A stretch of 64,000 nucleotides of DNA, taken from the IMG/VR virus record IMGVR_UViG_3300043419_000731, positions 56,466-120,465 of that record; one strand, written 5' to 3'. This document shows, one piece after another, positions 8,792-15,884 of this stretch (position 1 is the stretch's first letter; every line of letters starts with the position of its first letter). This DNA comes from a virus. A program made the translations under genes and the position numbers. Below the pieces are notes generated by a model, which saw nothing but the letters and a program-made list of their open reading frames with translations, was not told the origin of the DNA and made no database searches.

Positions 8792-8870
8792 TGTGATTAA
8801 TCTCACAAAATTCCAGGGGTTGTGGATAAGTATCGTAACCTGTGGATAACCCCCCACAAAAGCGGGGGCG
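8792..8870. repeat. composite intergenic element copy C
   Basis: TGTGA-N6-TCACA 8792-8807; TGTGGATAA 8821-8829 and 8841-8849. Confidence 0.8.
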
Positions 8871-8893
8871 TGTCAAGTCGACACGCCGTTAGG

Positions 8894-9004
8894 CTAATGT
8901 GATTCGTGCCACATCTCACGCATATCACGCCACACAAGGCGGGCCATATATAGGGCGGGGATACCGATAGCCATCTGCACGATAGTAGTTATTAGTCTAT
9001 TCAT
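8894..9004 (-). CDS. 36-aa putative membrane microprotein
   Basis: Hand-translated MNRLITTIVQMAIGIPALYMARLVW... Confidence 0.55.
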   Translation of the reverse strand: MNRLITTIVQMAIGIPALYMARLVWRDMREMWHESH

Positions 9005-9005
9005 T

Positions 9006-9128
9006 TTATTCTTCCTCTTCTGGCGTTAACCCTAAAGCTTCAACACATTCAAAACATACTGGCGATTCAAAACGATAATCGAATAAATCATCCTCTAAAT
9101 TCATTACGCATTCTTCACAGTAGGTCAT
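9006..9128 (-). CDS. 40-aa zinc-ribbon microprotein
   Basis: MTYCEEC...VCFEC. Confidence 0.6.
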   Translation of the reverse strand: MTYCEECVMNLEDDLFDYRFESPVCFECVEALGLTPEEEE

Positions 9129-9265
9129 TGCTTATTCTTCTTTCTTTTGATCATCTTGTATGCAACTAGTACAACAGTGGCGGGAATAATTACCTGCCAT
9201 GAGAAAGCGATATAGCAAACATATGTATCGAATACGAATCCGTAGTCATTAATCTCTATAGTCAT
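9125..9265 (-). CDS. 46-aa single-pass membrane microprotein with basic tail
   Basis: ...WQVIIPATVVLVAYKMIKRKKNKQ; coupled overlaps. Confidence 0.6.
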   Translation of the reverse strand: MTIEINDYGFVFDTYVCYIAFSWQVIIPATVVLVAYKMIKRKKNKQ

Positions 9266-9363
9266 TAGTTATCCCAGCAATCTACGCAAGTTACTACATC
9301 ATCAACATCTAGCCACATACTAGAAACATCTTCATCGCAAGTGCGACATTGTAGAGTTATCAT
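9265..9363 (-). CDS. 32-aa zinc-ribbon microprotein
   Basis: CRTC...CVDC; TAATG coupling. Confidence 0.6.
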   Translation of the reverse strand: MITLQCRTCDEDVSSMWLDVDDVVTCVDCWDN

Positions 9364-9530
9364 TACTTACCCACCTTTACATCTTGAACATTAGCACGAA
9401 ACTTTTGAGCCTTAGCGACATCGCTATCATTTAATTCTTTTATAACGCTATCTACATCCTTGATGTTGTTAGCGATGTTGTTAATAGATAGTAGGCGGTT
9501 ACCTTGCCAAATTGAATAAGTGATAGTCAT
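9363..9530 (-). CDS. 55-aa hypothetical protein (MTITYSIWQG...)
   Basis: Hand-translated; TAATG coupling. Confidence 0.65.
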   Translation of the reverse strand: MTITYSIWQGNRLLSINNIANNIKDVDSVIKELNDSDVAKAQKFRANVQDVKVGK

Positions 9531-9742
9531 TAGTTATCTCCAAACATTGCTAGAACGGTATCGACCTCTTCATCGGTGAGGTGGTCAATCTCAATTGCCT
9601 TAGTGAAACCGAAGACATCATCGTCTTCATCTTCTTCTTGCTCTACCTCATCATTGAGGTAAGCGTATTGGTCTGCTACATCTTCTTGAATTGTGTCCCA
9701 CTTAGAGAGTGAGTTAGAGCGGGTATCATATGAGTAAGACAT
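9530..9742 (-). CDS. acidic hypothetical protein
   Basis: ORF track; promoter variant 9776-9797. Confidence 0.7.
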   Translation of the reverse strand: MSYSYDTRSNSLSKWDTIQEDVADQYAYLNDEVEQEEDEDDDVFGFTKAIEIDHLTDEEVDTVLAMFGDN

Positions 9743-9836
9743 TTAGTTCTTCTTTCTTTAGTTTCTTATAATGGTATTGTAGCCGATAGAGCCGACATAT
9801 TGGGGGATATAGAGGGGGTGTGTCGTGTGAGTTACC

Positions 9837-9992
9837 TCACAGGCAGTTGATACACTCGCAACCCTTAGAGCGAATGAGGTACTTGAGTACCTCTTTGCGT
9901 GTGTATGTGTCTAGCCCATAAGATGAAGACACACCGCCATTGTGATACTCATGCACGATAGTGCTAAAGAGTTGTTCTGTAAGTTGAGTCAT
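9837..9992 (-). CDS. 51-aa hypothetical protein ending CECINCL
   Basis: Hand-translated; GAAAGGGG RBS; first gene of the minus-strand block. Confidence 0.65.
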   Translation of the reverse strand: MTQLTEQLFSTIVHEYHNGGVSSSYGLDTYTRKEVLKYLIRSKGCECINCL

Positions 9993-10257
9993 GTTCGACC
10001 CCTTTCTTGTTGTTATACCTTAATTATTGCATGGGGGTACGACAAATTGCAACTCGCAAAACGGACATTAAAGACATCTTGCCAAAATACTTTGTGATGC
10101 TCGTCACATTGTTCCTATGCTCACGCTCAATATGTGCGGTCTATCCTAAATGTCCGATTTTACAGAATATGTGTATCATACAAATTAAAAATATATTAAC
10201 ATTTTTAGAAATATGAGATTACAGTCAACTGAATTCTACACAGTGTATAATTGATAC

Positions 10258-10770
10258 ATGATATTAGAAAACGTTAGATCATCAGGGCGGGTGGAAGTAT
10301 TAAAGAATGCTATTCCCAATACTCCAGATGTAGAATTCTTTAGAGAGCACAGAAAAGTTGCCATGTCTCACATAAGATCAAAGTGGATCACAGATACTTT
10401 GTCTATGGCGTGGGAAGAAGATGGTTGTCCAGAACTCACTAAGCATGAGGGCTTCAAAGCCTTTAGAAACGAGCTCCTAGCCTTTTTTGGAGATACTCTA
10501 TGGGATAGTCCAGCAGCAATACTTTCAGATGTGACTGGTGAACTAAGCGGTTTCAATTTTCATGTCGATAACGGAGAACAAGCTCATTGGCAATGTGCTG
10601 GTAAATCATCTTGGTACTTTAAATATCCAGACGGAACAGAAGAAAACTACGAATTAGAAGCTGGCGATGTAATTTACATACCTTGGGGAATTGGTCATTC
10701 AGTGACATCCCTGGAATCGCCTAGAGCTGGAATCGTATTTTCTGCATTTGATATGCGATTTAGTTCTTGA
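10258..10770 (+). CDS. JmjC/cupin 2OG-Fe(II) hydroxylase-like protein
   Basis: FHVD...WQCAGKSSW...LEAGDVIYIPWGIGHSV (HxD...H triad). Confidence 0.75.
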   Translation: MILENVRSSGRVEVLKNAIPNTPDVEFFREHRKVAMSHIRSKWITDTLSMAWEEDGCPELTKHEGFKAFRNELLAFFGDTLWDSPAAILSDVTGELSGFNFHVDNGEQAHWQCAGKSSWYFKYPDGTEENYELEAGDVIYIPWGIGHSVTSLESPRAGIVFSAFDMRFSS

Positions 10771-10794
10771 CATCGAAAATATAAATAGTATACT
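10767..10794 (+). promoter_or_regulatory. sigma70/SigA-type promoter
   Basis: TTGACA-N16-TATACT. Confidence 0.55.
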
Positions 10795-10879
10795 TTTTCT
10801 AGGGGGGTCGGGGGGTCAGTAAATCAATAAATAATAAATATTAAATATATATTATATATAGACTAAGACTAAGACTAAA

Positions 10880-11437
10880 ATGATACATCTAATTGGTGAT
10901 TCACATACTGATAAAATACGTTATTTCAACGAAGATCATAATTCTAACATAGAGTACTCTTTCCATCAAGGACATAGTGCTTATTCTTTCGACTACTCAA
11001 AAAATAATTTTAAAAAATTAGATCAAGGCGGACTGGTGATACCTTGGTTTGGATATATTGATTGCAAAGTGCATCTGCCATATAAGCTAGACACTATTTA
11101 TACTGTAAAGAGATATATGGGCAAGACGCTAGGACATTTTAAGAATCAGGTAAGATTCATGGAACCAATTCCACAGCTAATTAGAATTGACGAACCTGGT
11201 GTAGAAGATAGATCATATGAAGAGAGAGTAGCGCAGCATAATCTGTTTGTTAAATACTTGCATATCTACTCTAAAGAATTTGGGCTGGTAGAGCCAATTA
11301 GAACATCAGAGATTATAGGCGTGGATGTAAATACAGTTCAATATGAATATGAGAGTAGGCTGCAGCCACAAGCATATAAGAAAATTTTAGATCACCTTGT
11401 ATTGATAGATCAAGATAGAAATAAAGTAGTTGACTAG
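10880..11437 (+). CDS. SGNH/GDSL hydrolase-like protein
   Basis: N-terminal LIGDSH block; GYIDC in block III position. Confidence 0.6.
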   Translation: MIHLIGDSHTDKIRYFNEDHNSNIEYSFHQGHSAYSFDYSKNNFKKLDQGGLVIPWFGYIDCKVHLPYKLDTIYTVKRYMGKTLGHFKNQVRFMEPIPQLIRIDEPGVEDRSYEERVAQHNLFVKYLHIYSKEFGLVEPIRTSEIIGVDVNTVQYEYESRLQPQAYKKILDHLVLIDQDRNKVVD

Positions 11438-11457
11438 AATTATGGTATACTAATACT

Positions 11458-11577
11458 ATGAAATGTGACTTTTGCGAAAATCAAAAATATGTAGAAAGAC
11501 TTAACTCTAAAGGCGTACTTGAGAACTTCTGCAATGATTGCATTCAAAAATTTTTTAGAAAAAAAGGCGGGAAATGA
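11458..11577 (+). CDS. 39-aa zinc-ribbon microprotein, leaderless
   Basis: MKCDFC...FCNDC; TGGTATACT ends 6 nt before ATG. Confidence 0.65.
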   Translation: MKCDFCENQKYVERLNSKGVLENFCNDCIQKFFRKKGGK

Positions 11578-11653
11578 AGACAATACTCTGGATAGGCATT
11601 ACAGTTATCCTAGTTCATATATGCGGAATAATTCTGCAAGTAATAATGAACTA

Positions 11654-11728
11654 GGGGATATAGCTTAATCTGGTTAAAGCACTTGTCTTATATACAATAG
11701 ATTCTGAGTTCAAATCTCAGTATCCCTA
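11654..11728 (+). tRNA. tRNA-Ile (TAT)
   Basis: GGGGATA/TATCCCT acceptor; GCTT/AAGC D-stem; loop CT-TAT-AT; CTGAG-TTCAAAT-CTCAG T-arm; one mismatch at the top of the anticodon stem. Confidence 0.8.
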
Positions 11729-11757
11729 CAATATAAAAGCAGTTGACTAGGATATAT

Positions 11758-11901
11758 ATGAAGAAATTATATGCATTGATAACAATAATTGCGATAGCAA
11801 TCTTTTCAGGAGCTCTATTAGCTCAATTTTTAAATTGGGCGGGAGATGTAGAAATCTTTGATTTTGACCTAAGTGAAGATATAGATCATGAAACGTTCTA
11901 A
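11758..11901 (+). CDS. 47-aa membrane microprotein
   Basis: Hand-translated MKKLYALITIIAIAIFSGALLAQFL... Confidence 0.55.
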   Translation: MKKLYALITIIAIAIFSGALLAQFLNWAGDVEIFDFDLSEDIDHETF

Positions 11902-11964
11902 ACTATATAGGTCAATACTCTGGCTATCTTGGATTATGATGATATCGTACTATATCTGGATAAT

Positions 11965-12255
11965 ATGGTAAATTCGGACAAAAGGGACCAACTAGCTAAA
12001 TATCTGCAGAATCGTCGATATGAGGAATGCAACTATTATCAAGCTGACAGATTCATTGCAGAGTGTTCGCTAGAATGGGTCATAGAAGGCCTTAAGAGGC
12101 GATTAGAGACTTGTTTGAATGCAAGTTCAGGGGTATGTGACATATGGTACTTAGAAAGCCATTCAGAGTGTTTATTACTAATGGATCTAATATATGAATA
12201 TAGCTCAGATGATCGATATAAGCCAAGTATTGCTAAGAATGATCCATGGGATTAA
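11965..12255 (+). CDS. hypothetical protein
   Basis: ORF track 11929-12255; start uncertain. Confidence 0.55.
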   Translation: MVNSDKRDQLAKYLQNRRYEECNYYQADRFIAECSLEWVIEGLKRRLETCLNASSGVCDIWYLESHSECLLLMDLIYEYSSDDRYKPSIAKNDPWD

Positions 12256-12307
12256 AATGGGTTCTTCTACCGCCGCCGCACTTCAATTTTTTCACTTTTT
12301 CGCACTT

Positions 12308-12844
12308 TCACTTAATTGCGACTAATATCCCCATAGGGTATTTAACTAATTCAGCTTTACCTGCGAAGAACTCACGGACAGCCTTCTCAGGCCCTGTGGA
12401 TAACCCTTCATGGGTATTGCATATTACGTATCCACCTTCTACTACTCTTTCCCACATAAATTCTAGGGAGTCTTTTGTAGGCTGATACAGACTGCAGTCT
12501 AAATGCAGCAAAGATATATTTACATCTGCTATCTCAGAAAATCTTTCAGGGAACCAGCCCTTATAAAAAGCAACATTACTAAACTGTGATAAATTTATTT
12601 TTGCTATATCTAAATGCGTCTTCCAATTTAGGGTCTCATATAGATTGTTATCAAACTCACCAAGCTCTGATACACCTTCCCAGGAATCGAATAAGTGTAC
12701 TGTTGTTCTGCAGTTCTCTGCTAGCTTTCTTGCAGATGTTCCTAGGTATGTGCCGCATTCAACAAAGTCGCCTTTGATCAATGCCGCTCTCTTGGCTATC
12801 TCATCTATAGTGTCTAGCCATAAAGTAAAATCTGAATCCATCAT
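12308..12844 (-). CDS. TylF/MycF/NovP-family SAM-dependent O-methyltransferase
   Basis: GDFVECGTYLG, FDSWEG, YKGWF, LHLDCSLYQPT, GGYVI motifs. Confidence 0.85.
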   Translation of the reverse strand: MMDSDFTLWLDTIDEIAKRAALIKGDFVECGTYLGTSARKLAENCRTTVHLFDSWEGVSELGEFDNNLYETLNWKTHLDIAKINLSQFSNVAFYKGWFPERFSEIADVNISLLHLDCSLYQPTKDSLEFMWERVVEGGYVICNTHEGLSTGPEKAVREFFAGKAELVKYPMGILVAIK

Positions 12845-13719
12845 TATTGTTTTATCTTTGCTTTCATTGCATCAATAGCAGGAGTTGCGATATTTGTGTC
12901 TTTTCCTTCACGGTGAAGATTATCTCTTTCAATAGCTTCAGCAATTACGTTTGCAAACTGTGGATTTATCTCTAATGGATTCATCCATTTTCCAAGCGAT
13001 GCCATAGTCTTGTCACCAATTTGCTCATAGTATTCTGGGCTCTTGTAGTTATAGAATGTTCCAGGGTTGTCTTCTGCTAATAGAATAAAGTTAGAAAAAG
13101 CGTATCTTGTTCCTGTTAGTGTTGGCTTAGTGCCATGATCGTATGGATATGCAGCACCATGGAATATTACATCTCCAGGCTTTGTTTCTACTACCAAGCA
13201 AGGCTCTAGTAATCTTTCCTGCCAAAGAGGTTCATAAACCTCATTGGATGACTTATCTAAATCTGGTTTTACGATACCATCAGGATTAATGTTTGGATAG
13301 TAAAGCTCTCCACCAGTATAATCTCCAAGGTATGCAATCATTCCATACTCTAACTCGCAGCATGTTTGCCAGGTATCAATCTCAACCAATAGGTTACAAT
13401 TTCCTTTTCCAGGGCTATCTGTATGAATAAACATTCCTTCATCAGTATTGTCTGTAACCATCAAGCTCATTACTGGGTGCCCTACTAGTTCTGGATAGAT
13501 AAGTTCTTCCATGAACTCCCAAAGAGGAAATAGTTCTATCCAAGAAGGACTCATTCTGTTCTCATACCAGTTTCTCATGCTCCAAGAATTAAAATTTGTA
13601 CCTTTTGTAAAATCTTTTGTTTTATCAATGATAGGGTCGTATATGTCTTTTGGAATTATATTCTCAAACTTGAATATACGATCTGCAATTTTAATGCATC
13701 TGGGATCATCATAAAACAT
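12844..13719 (-). CDS. 2OG-Fe(II) oxygenase, prolyl-4-hydroxylase-like
   Basis: HTD...GGELYYP...GDVIFH...DHGT...GTRYAFS. Confidence 0.82.
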   Translation of the reverse strand: MFYDDPRCIKIADRIFKFENIIPKDIYDPIIDKTKDFTKGTNFNSWSMRNWYENRMSPSWIELFPLWEFMEELIYPELVGHPVMSLMVTDNTDEGMFIHTDSPGKGNCNLLVEIDTWQTCCELEYGMIAYLGDYTGGELYYPNINPDGIVKPDLDKSSNEVYEPLWQERLLEPCLVVETKPGDVIFHGAAYPYDHGTKPTLTGTRYAFSNFILLAEDNPGTFYNYKSPEYYEQIGDKTMASLGKWMNPLEINPQFANVIAEAIERDNLHREGKDTNIATPAIDAMKAKIKQ

Positions 13720-14549
13720 TACTTGTATTCCTCCCAGGCTTCCTTCATGATCTCATTTTTTTCCTCTATTACTTCAGCAAACTGAGGGTTTAGCTTAAGA
13801 GGTCTGTGCCAGTCATTCAGCTGGTCTAATGTTGGAGGGTTATACTTTCCAATTTGCTCATACCAGTCAGGGCTCTTGTAGCTATGGAAACTTCCTACGT
13901 TAGATGCTGACTCTAGTGCAAAGTTTGAGAAAGCATATCTTGTTCCAGATATTACCTTCTTTGTTCCGTGCTCATATGGCACACAGGCTCCGTGCATAAC
14001 TATATCTCCAGGTTCTGGTGATACTACTAAGCAAGGCTCTGCTAATATTTCTTCATTAATCTCGTATACAGAGAATTGTCCTTTATCGGTAGGAGGTTTA
14101 ACTGTTCCGTCTGGATTAATGTGTGGGTAATAAATTTCTCCACCTGTAAAGTCTCCAAAATAAGCAATCATTCCATATTCTAGAGAGCAGCAGACTGACC
14201 ATGTGTCAATTTCATATAGGTCTCCGCTACCTTCTGGTCCTGGGCTATCTGCATGTACAAACATTCCCTCATCGTGAGGCTGTGAAATCATTAGGTTTGT
14301 TAGCGGGTGAATTACGTGGTCTGGATATAGAATCTCAGACATAAACTTCCATGCTTCAAATGTACTTACAAATGGAGGGCAAAACTTATCCTTGTACCAG
14401 CCGTTAGAGCTCCAAATGTTTTCAGGTCCGCCTCTTTTCCAAGAAGCTACATCTGCATGCACTGCGTCCATAATTTCTTTAGGAATTACATTTTTAAATA
14501 TAAAAATTCTAGGTGCTAATTGTTCGCATTTAGGATGATTTGTAAACAC
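13719..14549 (-). CDS. 2OG-Fe(II) oxygenase, tandem paralog of 12844-13719
   Basis: HAD...GGEIYYP...EHGT...GTRYAFS; GTG start (MFTNHPKC) parallels MFYDDPRC. Confidence 0.82.
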   Translation of the reverse strand: MFTNHPKCEQLAPRIFIFKNVIPKEIMDAVHADVASWKRGGPENIWSSNGWYKDKFCPPFVSTFEAWKFMSEILYPDHVIHPLTNLMISQPHDEGMFVHADSPGPEGSGDLYEIDTWSVCCSLEYGMIAYFGDFTGGEIYYPHINPDGTVKPPTDKGQFSVYEINEEILAEPCLVVSPEPGDIVMHGACVPYEHGTKKVISGTRYAFSNFALESASNVGSFHSYKSPDWYEQIGKYNPPTLDQLNDWHRPLKLNPQFAEVIEEKNEIMKEAWEEYK

Positions 14550-14689
14550 TATTTGGATCTCCACTTCATTATTCTTTTAAAAAAATTTTCAATATTCTTT
14601 TCATATTTTCCACCGCTTGTTTCTTCTTGATAGTAAGCAGATTGGAAGTAAGGGCTTTGCATTATTTTTGAAAAATGGTCTCTACTCAT
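14549..14689 (-). CDS. 46-aa hypothetical protein
   Basis: Hand-translated; GGAGG RBS and TGGTATAAT promoter upstream. Confidence 0.6.
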   Translation of the reverse strand: MSRDHFSKIMQSPYFQSAYYQEETSGGKYEKNIENFFKRIMKWRSK

Positions 14690-14737
14690 TGTAAGCCTCC
14701 AATAATTCTATTAATTAATTATACCATCTAAAAATTA

Positions 14738-14818
14738 GAAAACCCCTAATCAGAGGCGGATCCGATTAGGGGTTTAAGGACTTTCGCCCTATACAGGGAG
14801 TACGAATACTCAACCTGA
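14738..14818 (-). ncRNA. candidate ~80-nt structured RNA ending in an intrinsic terminator
   Basis: TACAAT at 14825-14830; UUCG hairpin 14798-14811; GAAA hairpin 14778-14789; 11-bp terminator stem 14741-14774 plus U-tract. Confidence 0.4.
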
Positions 14819-14849
14819 ATACCAATTGTATTATTACTTTATGATAAAG

Positions 14850-15488
14850 TCAATGCTTATATACTATTGCTTGTCCAGTAGGAAGCTCTAGAATATTATC
14901 TTGTCCAAAGTATTCAATCATTGCTTTTCTTGCTCCAATAGTTTTATATGAGCCATAGTCATCACAAATTAAAACTCCACCATTATTAAGGAGTGGCCAA
15001 AGGTGATTTATAGAATCCCTGGTTGGTTCATAAAGATCTGTGTCTATATGTACATACGAATATTTTAGTTGATCTATATTGCTAAATACATTTGGGATCC
15101 ATCCCTTATATAGCTCAACCTTAAAATTCTCTCTATCTAGATGAGATACAATTTTTTGCGCTATTTCCATAGGCATTGCTAGCTTTAGAGTTTTGAAATA
15201 ATCAGTATCAAATTCTCCAGGTTCAGAAACTCCTTCAAAAGAATCTATTCCTAGAAAACGCTCTTTGCATAAATCAGCAACAAAAAATATTGACATTCCA
15301 GCATATGTTCCACATTCAATAAAGTTGCCAGGGACTTTTGATTGCTGCTTTGCCAATTGACGAAGGATATACAGTCTTGCATATAAAGCAATATCAATAG
15401 GATTATTCATCCCATTAATTTCATTAAATTTTTGATGAAGCTTTACAAACTCAACATCGTCTTCCCATCTAGATAAATACGAATCCAT
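14850..15488 (-). CDS. TylF/MycF/NovP-family SAM-dependent O-methyltransferase
   Basis: GNFIECGTYAG, IDSFEG, YKGWIP, VHIDTDLYEPT, GGVLICDDY. Confidence 0.87.
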   Translation of the reverse strand: MDSYLSRWEDDVEFVKLHQKFNEINGMNNPIDIALYARLYILRQLAKQQSKVPGNFIECGTYAGMSIFFVADLCKERFLGIDSFEGVSEPGEFDTDYFKTLKLAMPMEIAQKIVSHLDRENFKVELYKGWIPNVFSNIDQLKYSYVHIDTDLYEPTRDSINHLWPLLNNGGVLICDDYGSYKTIGARKAMIEYFGQDNILELPTGQAIVYKH

Positions 15489-15490
15489 TA

Positions 15491-15700
15491 TTAGTCTTCT
15501 GTACTAATTAATTCCCAGCTAGGGGAATGGGTGATCATGTTTCTAATTGAAATACACTCTTCATCATCTTCAGCAGTTACTACTAAAATTGCATTTAGTC
15601 CGTTTGGAACCGAAGGAATTGTTTCTACATCTTCTCCAGCATTCTGCTTGTATAGCTCAACGTGCTTTTCATAATTTGGCTTATATGTGTATCTAGGCAT
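15491..15700 (-). CDS. hypothetical protein
   Basis: ORF track; operon packing. Confidence 0.65.
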   Translation of the reverse strand: MPRYTYKPNYEKHVELYKQNAGEDVETIPSVPNGLNAILVVTAEDDEECISIRNMITHSPSWELISTED

Positions 15701-15884
15701 TGTTTAAGGCTCCTGCCTCTAAAAGTCTTTCATACATATTTATGCACAAAAGTTTAAATGATTCTGTACCCTGCTCAATATGCATTGCTGAATCTTCAGC
15801 AGACACACCAGCACTTGAATACATATTTTTCATGTCTTGAATAACTCCTTCAAGCATTAAATTTAATGCATCTTCTCTACTCAT
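15693..15884 (-). CDS. hypothetical protein
   Basis: Start MSREDAL after GGAG. Confidence 0.6.
   Translation of the reverse strand: MSREDALNLMLEGVIQDMKNMYSSAGVSAEDSAMHIEQGTESFKLLCINMYERLLEAGALNNA

Larger units (their letters stand above)
301..10044 (-). promoter_or_regulatory. family of 13 early promoters TGTCAG-N10-TA(T/C)AAT
   Basis: Copies at 301-322, 1648-1669, 3520-3541, 4798-4819, 5730-5751, 6039-6060, 6551-6572, 6841-6862, 7616-7637, 8038-8059, 8731-8752, plus variants 9776-9797 and 10023-10044; each precedes a gene start. Confidence 0.85.

Noticed and set aside
301-10108. Early-region repeats as a CRISPR array
   Set aside because: Repeats are short, dispersed and separated by genes; no constant repeat-spacer period and no cas gene
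10007-10216. 69-aa plus-strand ORF
   Set aside because: Lies over the regulatory strand-switch region with no RBS; TTG start only
12395-12403. Perfect DnaA box TGTGGATAA
   Set aside because: Single copy inside a methyltransferase CDS; compatible with chance
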